DNA of 64,000 nucleotides from Eutreptiella sp. 'Long Island Sound 2002' (taxonomy: Eukaryota; Protista; Euglenida), in contig OZ038378.1 of assembly GCA_964036045.1 (NCBI GenBank), forward strand, positions 59,644,001-59,708,000. Reading direction: 5' to 3'. Of the stretch, positions 1 to 12,505 are shown piece after piece (positions within the stretch are counted from its first letter, which is position 1; each line of letters opens with the position of its first letter). The translations under genes and the position numbers were made by a program. The notes beneath the pieces are model-generated. The model worked only from the letters and a program-made list of their open reading frames with translations. It had not been told where the DNA came from and did no database searches.

Positions 1-830
1 CTTCATAACGGATTTTAGGCAATGACACCACCTGCAAGCCCCTTTTCCATTGCCCCCATGCCCTGAAAACAGATTTCGCACAATGGCTACACCTCCAACC
101 CCGTGTTCCACAGCACCCATGTCCTAAAAACAATTTTTCTGCAGGTGTCAGTGCCCCTGACTTCCTTTTTCCGCTCCCCCACATGCCACACAAATGTATT
201 TCACGGAGTGGCAACAACTCAAACTCACGTTTCCACTCATCCTCCGCCCTCAAAAGCCATTTCACCCTATGCGTACACCTCAAACGCACCTTTACACACA
301 TCCCATGCCCTCATTATGAATTTCAGGAGGCGTAACACCCCTGACCAGCTTTTTCGCTGCCCCCATGCCTTCAAAACGCATCTCAGCAAGTGTCAACACC
401 TTCCACCCCCTTTTCCACTACACCGCGGTCCTCAAAACACACTTGGGGCCATCACAACACCTCTAACCCCTTTTGCACTGCTCCAAGTTCGTCAATTCAA
501 ATTGCAGGCCATGACAACACCTCCACCCCCTTTTCCACTACTTCCCGGCCCACAAAACGCATTTCTGGCGGTGTCAACACCGCCAACCCCCTTCTCCACG
601 ACTCCAACTTCTTCATAACGCATTGGAGGTCATGACAACACCTCCAATCCTCTTTTCCACTGCCCCCATGCCCCAACCACGGATTTTACCACATGGCTAT
701 GCCTCCAACCCCCTGTTCCACCGCATGCATGTCGTGAAACCACTTTTCAACACGTCTCAACATCGCTGACCCCGTTTTCCACTTCTTCAAGGTCGTCAAA
801 ACGCATTTGAGGAATGCACCTTCATCAACT
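1..830. repeat. Degenerate tandem repeat, ~60-61 bp period, ~14 copies, continuing past the window start
   Basis: A core like ACAACACCTCCAACCCCTTTTCCACTGCCCCCATGCCCTCAAAACGCATT recurs. ACCTCC anchors at 91, 519 and 640 are spaced by multiples of ~60.5-61. Confidence 0.8.
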
Positions 831-869
831 CAAAATGGGAATTTGCGCAATTACTTCTTCTTGTTTTTT

Positions 870-1960
870 AACGCATTCAAAGTACTAAAATATTGTCTCC
901 AAAACACGTTTCAGACCCCCTTCATGTGTTTTTCACCATCTTTGGGTATTTGGACGGCCGCAACAGGGAAGGGCAAAACCCACTAATAAAGTTGTGCATC
1001 CCGTCGCTCAGAAGTGGAAACTTTCAAAATGAATTATTTCCAATCAAATCACCTATGTAAAGCATGTTTTAGACCCTCTTTATGTTGTATTCAAACCTTT
1101 TTGGGCTTTTGGCCAAGGGCAAGTAGCCGGAGCACAAATGCATTTTTTCACACTTGCTCGCTAAAATGTGCAATTTGAATGTCCTTGTATGAACATTCAC
1201 AATAATGAATATTCCTATGTAAAGCATGTTTTAGACGCTGTTAATGCTTTTTGACCCTCCTTAGATGTTTTGACGCGACGAAGGTCCGGGGCACAATCAG
1301 CTTGTGCAATTCGTGTACCGCCCCGGGAAGAAGAAAGAAGTAGGAGCCTGGAAGTGGGCGATGAGAGCATTCATTGGGAGCCTAGCCATAGGAGCAATTA
1401 TTGGGGAAAGAAAGGCTGGGCTGGGAATGAAATCACCAGCCTGAAAGACCGACCAAGCAAGAGGTCAAAACTAGGAGCTTGAAATTGGGCGATGACAGTT
1501 GATAGTGGGAGGCTCGCCTCAGGAGCAATTAGTGAGAAAGATGGCCCGGAAAGCAAGGGGTGGGATTTTTTTTGCGGAAAAAAGGGCTGGGCCGGGAATT
1601 TCATTACCAGCCTGAAAGACCGATCCAGCAAGAGGTCAAAACTAGGAGTTTGGAAGTGGGATTTGCGGAAACCCTTTCTTTTTTTGTTGCACGCTTACAA
1701 TGCTCAAATGTCCTATGTCCCGGTTGTTTTGGGGCCTCATTATGTCTTTTTAACCATGTTGGCGCATTTGGACATGGGCAAAGTGTATGGTCACAATGTG
1801 CTTGTGCAAGTTTCCAACTTCGGGAGCTTGACAGTTTCGAATTTCGTACACTTCTTTTGCTCCATATTGTGCCCATGCGTGTTGGTCAAATATGCTATGT
1901 GAAGCATCTTTTAGACCATGGTTTTGTGTTTTTCACCCTCTTTCGATGTGCCAAAGCAAC
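870..1960 (+). repeat. ~165-190-bp satellite monomers, interrupted at ~1330-1660
   Basis: The core TCCTATGTAAAGCATGTTTTAGACCCTCTTCATGTGTTTTTCACCCTCTTTGGGTGTTTGGAC recurs near 905, 1055, 1215, 1710 and 1895. Confidence 0.8.
1340..1660. repeat. Local tandem duplication (~171-bp offset) inside the satellite
   Basis: AAAGACCGA..AGCAAGAGGTCAAAACTAGGAG occurs at 1444 and 1615. TAGGAG.YTG.AA.TGGG occurs at 1341, 1472 and 1643. Confidence 0.75.
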
Positions 1961-2635
1961 GTTGAACCTGGGAGCTCCATGTCTCCGTGGAGGAGACCCG
2001 CAGTGCCGCGCAGCAGGCCGGGCCGTCTGCCCCCTCCCCGAGCCCCCCGAAGGTGACGGGGCCCCGGGCCTCTACCTAGGGCCACGAGTAGCAGTGGAGG
2101 CTCTCCCGCACCCGGTGTTGGATTTGGCGGAGGGGCTCATGCATTAAGTGCAGCGGGTACTATTACCCCGGGACGTCCCAGAACTAGCAGCCCTCGCGTG
2201 GGCTCTAGCCCACGGTGGCCGCTATTTGGAGCGTGCCCCCCTACCAGGTCCGTCCCGGGTGGGCGGCCAACAAAGTTGTCCCAAGGGAAGGGGTTGCGGG
2301 GGCGCAATCGCGGCTGGTCCAGGAAAAGGGTTTTTCCATGGCCCGCCCGGTCCCGTGGGCCTAGGGTCATTCGGGCGGCAAGGACCGCCGGGTACATGCT
2401 GACGGGCGGTACTATAACTCGTCCATTTGTTCCCGCTCCACCTCTTGCACCAGCAGGAGGGTGAAGAGGCCCCCCCCTCCGCAAGCAGGCCAGCCACTCG
2501 TTGGGCGGCCTAAGTTGGGCGAGGGTTGCCGCCGCGCCCACAATGGGGAAAATATCAATTTCCGAGCCCGTTTTTTACCCTTCACAGTATTCTCTGCAAA
2601 GCATATTTCAGACCCTCTTCATGTGCTTTTCACCA

Positions 2636-3100
2636 TGGGTTTGCCGTCGCCTTGGTGACGGACTCCGACTTGCGAAGGCCGGAGACCGCGGTCATGGGGG
2701 CCCTGTGATGAGCTACGCGCCTGTCCCGGGCCAAGCAGATCGTCTTCTCGGTCCCGTCCAAGGGTCAAAGCGTCTCACTTGTGACGGGTACGAGCGAGTG
2801 CTCTAGCTGGCCCGGGTGGCCCGGCAGCCGGGGCTCACCTAGATTTTCACATAGGCCATCCGGGAATCCGGTGGCCCCCTCCTGGGGGACGCAGCCCGCA
2901 ACCAGCCGCCCCTCTAGCTAGGGGCGCTGCCGGGCTAGTAGTGGCCCCAGGACTTTATCGAGGACGTGGTCCGGTGGGCACGGGCGCTCGCCTAGTTGCC
3001 GCGGCAAGCTGACGTGCCTCGGGCTCAGCTTGTCCTGGACTACGACGCCTTTGTGGGACAAGTGCTCCTAGCCTCCTCTGATCACCGTTTGCGGGGTACG
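2636..3100 (+). pseudogene. Fragment of an APE-type endonuclease from a non-LTR retrotransposon (RTE-like)
   Basis: Motifs appear in the expected order across stops and frameshifts: GFAV, VMSYAP, DFHIG (like DFNAHIG), LDY, SDHR. Confidence 0.5.
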
Positions 3101-4519
3101 CGCCCTCCGCTGGAGGGACGGCCCACATCGTGCGCAAAGAAGCGAGACCGGTCGAGCACCACTGGCGGGCACAGTGCTCTGCAGAGCTCCCTCGGGGCGG
3201 TGCCGCTCCCTCCTACCCTTGGGGGGCCGCGTGTTCGCTGCCCTATCAGGCCGCTTGTTCTTCACAGCTCGCCATGAGGTGACGCTGCAGCTCATGGGCC
3301 CGATGACCCCCTAACAGAACTCGTTGGTACGGCACCTGCGGATACCGGCCCGTATACCACCGCCACTGGGCGAATGTTTTCTTGTGGACTACTACCCCCA
3401 ACCCATTCAGGGGGGGGTGCCGCTCCTGCCATAGGCCAAGGGACCCACCGGGACGTTGCCCAAGAGCGTTCCGCTTGCGGCTGTGTAGCATGGCCGCCCG
3501 CCAAGAGCGGGCGGCGGCAATCAGGGCGCGCGCTGCCTAGGGCATGGGGCACCCTCGGGCCCCAGGTGCACAGGCCTAGCCCGGGGCACTAGCCAGTACT
3601 GCCATGCCGGACAGGAGGGGCATGTTGGCTCTGCGGCGTGCACACGGTGCCCGGCGGCCCCGACTCGGGTCGCACCGGGCCGCCCATGCCGGTGCACCAC
3701 GACGAGTGCTGGGGCGGCGGCGCTACGCTCGTTGCTCGAAGTGCGCGCTGCCTCCCACGCCCTCCGAGCCACGGGCTCCCCTACGGCTCGCCTGCCCCCC
3801 CCCCCCCCCCCAAGACACTGGGGGCTCGCCCCCCCCTTGGCCCCAGGGCCTGGGGACCTCCGATCCCCGAGTCGCCCCAAACCCTAACCTCCCGACTAAC
3901 CGGGGGAAGGCTGTGAGTGTGCAACCTGCACAACCGGGAGGAATGGAACGTGATCCGCCCCCCCCCCCCCCGCCAACCGCCGCAGACATCTCCATCCCGG
4001 CGCCACCGAGCGCCCACCCTAATGCCGACCCGCCCGGGGCACCTCTAGCGCTGCGGGGCTCCTGCGCCCCCGCCTCTTGTCCCCCCGCGGAGCAAGCCCC
4101 ACCCCCGGCGGCCGATAACCGGTGTCCTTGACTGATGTTTTTCGCAGCATTTCAGCGTCTCTGAGTAGTGCGCCGTGCTGCGGCGACGATCCTCGCCCCG
4201 GGTGGCAACCGGTCGCAGCCCAAGGCCGCCATGTCCATAGCTAACATGCTCCCCCCCCCCCCCGCTCTACAGCTGGCGACGGGACGGAGGGCTCCTCTTA
4301 CCTTGTAGCAAACGCGCCTTGTGCGCCTTGGCCACCTCAATCGACACTGCTGCGGCAACGGTAGCACGGCAGGGCAAGCGCGAAAGACACGTAGTCCCCT
4401 CTGGGTTGTCCCTCATGGGTGCCGTGCAGACTAATGCGGGGGGCTTGTAGGGGAGGCCATGGGCGCCTGAACTCGACCCGGCCCACCTCCCCGCCCCTGT
4501 ACCTCTATCCATATTCCAG

Positions 4520-5840
4520 TGGATTTCTAAAAGACGAATGCCCTCTTCATGTGCTTTTAACCCTCTTCGGCTGTTTGGACGGGCGCAAGGCGCTAGGGCA
4601 CAACCTTATGCTTATGCAGCCTTGCACCCTCGGCGGTTGAGACATGGAAATTTTGCGTGGACAAATTTTCGTGTTCCCACCATACATGATACTCACATGT
4701 CCTATGTAAAGCATGTTTTGCACCTTCTTCTTGGGGACGTCACCCTTTGTGGTTTTTTCGGCGAGGGTAATGGGCGGCGGTACAACGCACAAACACAGCT
4801 GTTCAATTTCCGTAGCTCAAAAATGGAATTCGGAAACCCATTTCTTTTGCATGTTTGAAGCTTTACGGTCATCAGATATCCTATATGCCGATTGTTTTCG
4901 AACCTCATTATGATGTTTTTTTGACGTTGTTGGTCTGTTTTGATGCGTGCCACGGGATGGGGCATAACCTGCTTATGCATTTATCCACCCTTGGGAGCTC
5001 GAAGACCATGCGACTTTGGAGACCTGTTTTTTGATACCGCGACCATTCGTGTTGGTCAAACAACCTATACAAAGCTTTTTTTAGACCATGGTTATGTGTT
5101 TTTCAATGTCTTTTGGTGCATGCACGGCAAGGGGGGGGGTCCCAAGCCGGCTACAACACAACATGGTTAAGCGGCTTTCCACCCTTCCCGGCTCAACAAT
5201 TGGAAATTTCCAAACCCCATTTTCTTCATATTCTGGCCATGTGCAATGATCAAATATACTATGTCAACCACTTTTTGGACCCTCTTCATGTGGCTTGCAC
5301 CAACTTTGGGTGTCTGGATGGGGGCAAGTGGTTACGGCACATTGTGCCGCTTGTTGTGAACTAAAGCACAAAAATCATTTCACCCCCCGACACCTCCGAG
5401 CTGCTTGTGCGACCAACAATCAATCGAAACCTCGGGACCTTAAAATAGTGAGGCAGGTGAAACGATGGAGCGTCTTCAACTTGATCTCGTCAGGTCCCAT
5501 ACATCTTTCAGCCCAACGGGGCCCTCAGCAGGGGAGGGGGTAAAGCACACAACAATCTTCTTGACACATTAAATGAGGATGGAGGTACAACAATTTTCTT
5601 TGATGCTCTGTGCGTCCACAATGATCAAATATAATATGTAAGGCATTTTGTTTTAGACAATTATGATCTATTCTTCACCCGTTTTTGTGGTTTGGACGGG
5701 GCAAGGGGGTTGAAGCAGGACCTTGTTGTGCAACTTTTCGGCCTCGGCAGCGGAACAATGGAAATTTCTGCAATCGATCCTTGCAACGCTATGCCCATTC
5801 ACAATGCTCAGACATTTTATGTTAATCATGTTTTGCACCA
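4520..5840 (+). repeat. ~180-bp satellite array including one long (~375-bp) variant monomer
   Basis: Core anchors at about 4700, 4879, 5065, 5258, 5633 and 5817. Confidence 0.8.
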
Positions 5841-6909
5841 TGGCCCCTGAGGATTGGCTTTGTCCACACTGCAGCAATCATACTTAGGCCTGAAGGACAC
5901 GGTGCCACCAATGCCTACCCCCAAACCTGAAATTGACGAGCAAGGCCTGGAAGGAGATGTCCTGTGTGACCACCAAGGCCGCACCAAGGATGTCCGCATG
6001 CTGCGAACATCCACGAAGCGTCACGAGCCTCTCATGCTATCCTCGAACCGGTGCCCAAGGTCCCGAGGACATAAATGACACATTGAATATCCCCTTATGC
6101 TTGCAGTTGTTATAAATGTGCTGCCACACGCTGGGCAGTCTCTCTGTGGAATCTGTCGCTGCAGATCGCCCTGCCGAGAGAGATCACATGCTTCCATCAC
6201 CCCGTATCCCTCCCCCGGATCGAAGCCTCGTTCGTGTCAAAAAGTGCCGGGCTCAAGTGATCAAGTTAAGATGAGCTGTGGGGCGCCCGCACGACCACAT
6301 TGTCCACAACTACCATGTAGAGTGAATATGAGGACGTTTGGACTTCTCCCCTGGGACTTGTACTGGTGAGGGAGAGCGTTGCCTCTTGTCTAGACTAGCC
6401 CTGTGGCCTGTACTACAGACAGGGCGACTACGGTGCTCTTTGCAGGCTATGGGTTATGGTTGGAGGTGGCCCTGCACTGTGTTTGTGGTCCTCACCACAC
6501 CGCGTTGTGAGAATCGACCTTTCTTCCTACTTTGACAAGTTTCGGGGTCGGGGCAGATCCCCACTGCCACATCACAACTAGACTAAGTTGATCCACTTTG
6601 AGAGTGGCTCCAGGCATGTCACCCCTATGCCTATGATTGTATGTTGTACTACCCTTGGCACGTGCCGGGCTTATCGTCCGATATATTGCTCCCCATGGCA
6701 TACCTCGTCTACACTGGCATAACAGCGGACATGCGTCATCACTTGTTCCCAGAAAGGTCCACTTGTGGACATTCATAACCTGCATGAATTCTGTGGTTAA
6801 GGTTGCTGCGGTTCTACATATGCTAGATTACTACCTAAGTGTGTCTTCTTTGTTCATAGCTCATCTGCGAACTCAGCACTCATGTGGCGCCGGACACAAA
6901 GAAAAGACC

Positions 6910-7140
6910 AAACATCCTATGTAAAGAATGTTTTCGACCCTATTCATTTCTTTTTGACGCTCTTTGGGTGTCTGGAAGGGGGGGGGGGGCTCCCGACTGG
7001 GGGGGGGGGGACTTGTTTATGCAACTTTTCAGCGTTGGTGGCTAATTCCTCGAAGACCCATGTTTTTTTATATTTGACAATTCATACTACGCAGTGTGTA
7101 AAACACGTCTTGGACCCTTTTCATGTGTTTCTCAAGCGGT
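6910..7140 (+). repeat. ~180-bp satellite, about 1.3 monomers
   Basis: TCCTATGTAAAGAATGTTTTCGACCC at ~6915 and GTCTTGGACCCTTTTCATGTGTTT at ~7108. Confidence 0.7.
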
Positions 7141-7499
7141 CTTTGGTGGTTTGGTTCTGTGGCGCTTCAATTGCCCTGCACCCGGATTATGACGCACGTG
7201 GTGGGCACGGCTTTCCTTGTCTGTGCCTTAGTTTGACATTTGCACCACACATCAAAACATGCAATGTATGGGGGGCTTGCCCTTGGCACTAGCCCATGCG
7301 TCGTCCTCCCACTTGCGAATTGGCACTTAGCAGCGACTCCGCTGTCGGGTTGTCCACGGGGCCGCTAGTACCTCGAGCCCTTCCCCAACCGGCTACTGCC
7401 ATTGGGACGCGGTGCAAGCTAGCGCTTTGGAGTGCAAGGTCGAATGCCACTGCCACCCTGTGAAGACGTGCACCACGCTCTGCGACCCTTGCGGGTGGC

Positions 7500-8934
7500 C
7501 GCATTCAATGTCACCACAGTGCAGTCCTGGTGCCACGCGGTCTTTGCGCGGGCGGCGGATGTTGTGCTGCTAGCGGAGACCTGGCTGAGGGCCAAGGGCT
7601 AGTCGGTCATGGGACTCTTGGCCCGAGGGGCGGGCCGGTAGCAGTTCCGCATGGAGTCGCAGGGCGGGGGAATGCAGGACTCGCCCCCGGGTGGCACGGC
7701 GGTTTTGGTTCAACAAGAACCACCAGCCCGGCAAGTCCAGCCGCCGGCCAAAGAGGCATTCCTTGACCGCGGCGCTGTGGCACTCAGCCAGATGGTGCCA
7801 TTTGCCGGTCGGCATCGGCACGATGCCCACGGTCCTCCACGCGCAAGCGGCCTACGTGGTGTCGGGGCAAGCGTTGCTCAAGAGCGCCTGGCGGTAGCAA
7901 GCCCCTGACTATGCCGTGCGACATGGGTCAGCGCCGCAACTACTTGGGGGAGACCTCAACTTCCCCATGGACAACTTCATGCAAGTGTGGCCCAAGCTGC
8001 AAGTGTTGCTTCCCACTCGGCACCTGGTAGACGCCGATTCCAAGCTGGAGGCCATTGGAAGCGAGGAAGTGACGAAGCCCCCGCTGTGCTCTTTCCGGGG
8101 CGCATGGGATGCGCACCTAACTTGCAACGACGGGTTGTTGGTGGACACCAGTTGCCCTATTGCGGGTGGCCTAGGAACTCGTAGCTTGCGGCGTCCTGCA
8201 GCAATGACGGGTAGTCTTGGGCCTGTGCGTTGCGGGGGTTGTGCAGCCCGTGGTAAAGCTAGTGAAGGTCCCCAAGAGGTGTCGCTACCCAGGTGAGACG
8301 ACGAGCTACTACCGCTGGTGCGCGGATTGCTGGACCTACTAGAGCGGCAGTCGCACGCCACCCTAGTGGTGGTCAACTTGAGGTATGTGGTTTTTGTGGA
8401 CCTAGATGCCGGAAGACACGCTACTAGCGGGCGCCACCCTAGCGTTGCAATTGGCCGTGGCAGTGCTTTCGGCACCCTCGAGCTCCCGGAGAGGCGTAGG
8501 CACAGACAACATGCTCAAGCGGGTGCAGCTCCGCCGCCAGCACCAGATGGACCGCGCACCAGTGGCGTGCCCCAACGCGCACTTGCAAGCGGTGTAGGGG
8601 GTACTCCGCACAGTCTGGCGGTGGCTAGAGCTCGCAGACCCCCGACCAAGGGCAACAGCGTAGCTAGCCCTATAGGCCTAGGAGGCGGGTGCACAACGGC
8701 CTACAAAGGCCGGGTGCTAGGGGAGGGGTGTCACAAATTGCAGGCCCCCAAGCAGCTACACCGGTTGCCACGGGTGGGGGAGCTGCGAGGGTTGCTCTCA
8801 ACCCGGAGGGGCATATTGCGCATCGAGCGGCGCCGACGAGACCGCCATTGACTCTGGTAATGACCGCTAGCCGGATGAGGCATGCTCCCCCAAGCAAGCT
8901 GGAGCATACAAGTGGCTGAAGGGGGAAGTATTTG
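7500..8934 (+). mobile_element. Decayed LINE-A, 5' part: APE endonuclease plus linker
   Basis: Motifs FNVTT..DVVLLAETWL, GGTAVLV, AYVVSG, LLGGDLNF and DGLLVD, then linker LWT*MPEDTLLA and GAYKWLKGE. Interrupted by TAG stops and frameshifts. Confidence 0.7.
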
Positions 8935-11900
8935 TGTACCCTTTGTGAACCATTCTTCTGCATTGAGGTCGTTTTGGACCTATTTTTGACTCATATTTTA
9001 CATTGTGCTTTGCTACTGTGCCCGTTTGCCGTGCTGTATCGTCCTAAATTTCAACAAAACTAAGGACTTGGAAAATGCCGTTTGGTGCCATATTGAAATT
9101 TACACATCGATTCCCAATAAATTCCATTCACAGTCCCATTCACACGCAAATTCACAGGTCATTCATACGATTTGGACCAATTGAACACGAATTTAGCAGG
9201 ACTTTGGCACTTGGTTCACACGATTTTGGCATTGATGTCACATTTATGTCACACATTGTTTCCCATGTGTAAGACAGTCTTGTTTCTCATATGTCCCAAC
9301 ACTTGTCTCAGCTGGGGTCCTTGTCAGATCCCGCCGCCGACACCCACTCCCACTCTCAGTCCCGCCCCATACTTTCACCATGAGTTGGAGGAGGCAACCT
9401 GCGGCTCCGATCACCTCCATGCGGGGTCAATTGTGGAACGGCCTGGCAAATTATTCTGCCAACAGAATTACTGGGGCGGAGGTCATGTGGTGGAGATATG
9501 TGAATCCCCAAATCTGTGCACGCAGCACACTCCGTCACCTTGTGCACAAGTGCCCGAGTGAGGGAAGTCGAATTTCCCTGTTTCGCTTGCCATGGCTGGG
9601 GCGATTTTGGCGTGCGGCGCTGAGTCTCCGCGGACTCAACGTTGAAAACAGGGTCGAAAGACCCCCAGCACTTTGTCACTGCCCCTCTCCAAAATTTTTT
9701 CTACTTTGGCCCATTGGGTGCTTCAGGGGCGGCATGTGGTAGAAACCCCCCCTTGATATCACTGTTTTTTGAAAATAGATACCCATGCTACGGCATACTA
9801 CTTTCCCCATGTGCTTGGGACCCTTTTGGTGCACTTAAGGCCAGCACACCAATATCGACCCCTAAACACCCCTAGAAAATGGGGAGTAGATTTGGTGGCA
9901 TTAACCCATACTTTGAAGGGGTGCATCGTGGGCGGCGGTTCCTACCAAATGCCGCCCCGGATGCACCCCACATGTTGGCCCACACGCCCCCTCCGTCAGC
10001 AAACCCTCCACAACGGTGTACCACGGGCCGTCCACAAAATTGGTGGCAAGGGGGGGGAGGGCTATTCTCCTTAAGGGGGAGGGGGGCAATCGGTGGCAAA
10101 AAAAGGCAGGGGGACGGGCAGGGGGCTTGTGCGGAGGGGGGAGGGGGGGGGTTGAAGTAGGTTAAGGGCTACGGGAGCGCAAAGCCTCAATACAAGGCTT
10201 GGATGTGGTGGGGAAAAGGCTAGGGGTCGTGAGGTGAGGAAGGGGGTGCTCGGGGGCAACCGAAGGGTGGGTGGGGCTGATGACAAGAACATCACACCGA
10301 TTGGACAGGGAGAGCTGCCATCAGAAGTGGAGGGTGGAGTGGTCCTCCCTTTCACCAAAGTCCAATTCCTTAAGGGCGACCATGTCGGATCCTAGGGGGA
10401 GGGTGGCAAGATTGTGCACAGGGTAAACCTTGCACACACCCTCCTTAGGCTTACCCTACCCATGCCCCCCCCATAATCCCTACAAGACTTTCCAGTGTCT
10501 TCTCCCCGGAATAAGCCTGGGGCCTAATGTCCTTGGAACCGCGCCCTTCAACCCTACCCACAGCCTTGTACTCCTCCCCTTGCAGTAGCACACTTGAGTG
10601 CAATCCGGATATCGCATATCGATGTGCACTACCGCGGGCGGGGTGGGGTGGGGGGGGTTGCTGTCGGGACCGATTTGTGCTGCCCCTTGTTGATGGGCAG
10701 GTGTCTCGCTGCCATCTTTCCTCTCTCGTTGTGTTGTCATGCGAATACCGGATCGCAGTCCAAGGGGGCTCGGCGTACGGTGAGGTGGGCGACACACGCT
10801 TAGATGAGTGGCATCTAACCCGGGGTGATCTGCTTGTGGTTCCATCCACATGCCGGCACCACGGCATGCCCCCCCCCCAAATGGGTTGCCACGCCAAGGT
10901 GTCATTTTTGCTCCATGGACACCGGACAAGCAATCTGCCACATAGTCAAGAATGCAACCCATCTAGACCGTGTGCCGGTGCTGGTAGTAAAAGAATTCAT
11001 GCGGACTCTAGATCAACACTTTGTGCCAACCCGGCACCAAGTGTGGTGGCTGAGGAGGGGTGTTGAGGCAACGGTGGAGCTTGCTAACAAGGATATGGTG
11101 GATACCATCTGTAACCCCAAGGAGCTGGGTCTCGCTCCCACCTGTCAGGTCCACCCCATGTTTCTCTCCCGGAGCAGCCCCCACGTCGCGCACCTCCCAG
11201 TCGGGGATGGCCAGGTTATTTTTGTGCGGGGACCCTACCAGCTCAAGGTCGCAAGATAGGGCCCACCGACGCGGAGCCCATTGTCCGCTTTGCCCTGGGC
11301 GGTGCCATCCTACCAAGCTGCCCAGCAACGGCATAGCAGCTCCTCAATGCTATCCCTGCCTGGAGGCCCCCGAAGCAAGCAAAATCAGGGTTGCGGTCTA
11401 TCCCATGCCCATGTGACATGTAGGTATGCGTTCCGGCTGCACACTTGGTTCGGCAAACACATTGCATGTCATTTCCGCGCTACCTTTGCGAGATCTGTGT
11501 CTAATCCGTATGTAGCACAAATTGCGCAATAACTTCCACGAATTTCGCACAAATTTCACATGAAATTCACATATCTACTGCACAACTGCCATATGAGTAG
11601 TTCAGTTGCTAGAGTCCCCACCCCAGCTCTTTCAAGCCGGATGCCCAGCAGCACGCTAACAATGGGCCTACGCACCAGGCTGGCATCCCCAGTCCGTCCC
11701 ACCCTAGGTCGCAAGCTGACCCGGCGTCTCACGACGAGTCCGAACCTGAGCCAGGATTGCATCCCCAAATCCATGTCATCCCCGTGCCCAATTGTGGCAC
11801 TGGGGACACAGGGTACAGTGGGCCCCAGTTCGACAGGCTAGCGGTTTGCCCACATCGGGGCACGCCGTTTGCCTAGAGTGCACCTCTGCCCCCAAGGCAA

Positions 11901-11949
11901 CCCTATGAAGTCTCCAATTTTCCGGAGACCCCCGGAGACCTCAATTTCC

Positions 11950-12249
11950 CCCCATTTTTCCACTCTGGAGACTGAAGACCAATTTTTTCGGAAAGTGTAT
12001 TGTGATTCCGTTGAACCCTCCACCCCACAATTTGGCGTGCTACAGTGGTGGGAAGGCATGGCTGTGCGCCTACCCACAATGTACCGCATAACGCGGTCCA
12101 TCTTGGCCATTCCCCGCACTTCTTGTGATGTAGAACGCTCGTTTTTAGTTTGGAAACGTGTTCGTTCCGACAAGCAGCAGAGTATGGCGGAGGGAACACA
12201 CAAGGGCTATGTCTCCTTTTGTTTCAATGGTATAGTTCCACCACCATGA
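11950..12249 (+). pseudogene. hAT transposase C-terminal dimerisation domain relic
   Basis: VLQWWEGMAVRLPTMYRITRSILAIPRTSCDVERSFLVWKRVRSDKQQSM fits the hAT WW..P.L...L.IP.TS..VER.FS pattern. Weaker upstream traces (HVTC at ~11411, a frameshifted PIV.RWGT at ~11790) fit the same family. Confidence 0.75.
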
Positions 12250-12389
12250 GCAAGTACGAATTGTGTACGGTACACAAAACGGCACAACGATTGTGCGCTT
12301 TGAATGCACCGCCTACCGAGTGCTTGTGTTGCAATCATGTGTGTCATCAAAGAAGTAAAAGTGGCGAGCAAGTGTGCTCTTGCATCCCA

Positions 12390-12505
12390 TACCCCCGCAT
12401 TTACCCCCATTTTGCCGCCGCTTTCCCCCGTTTCCCCCCATTTTCCCCCGGTTCCCCCCATTATCCTCTGCTTTTTTCCATTCTTCCCATTTTCCCCATT
12501 TTTCC
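12390..12505 (+). repeat. Polypyrimidine low-complexity tract with TTCCCCC(C)ATTT units
   Basis: Seen directly, just 3' of the hAT relic. Confidence 0.7.

Noticed and set aside
6600-6800. GIY-YIG-like (VYTGITAD) or RLE-like (CPL..YNHRH) traces
   Set aside because: Single weak motifs on opposite strands with no supporting context.
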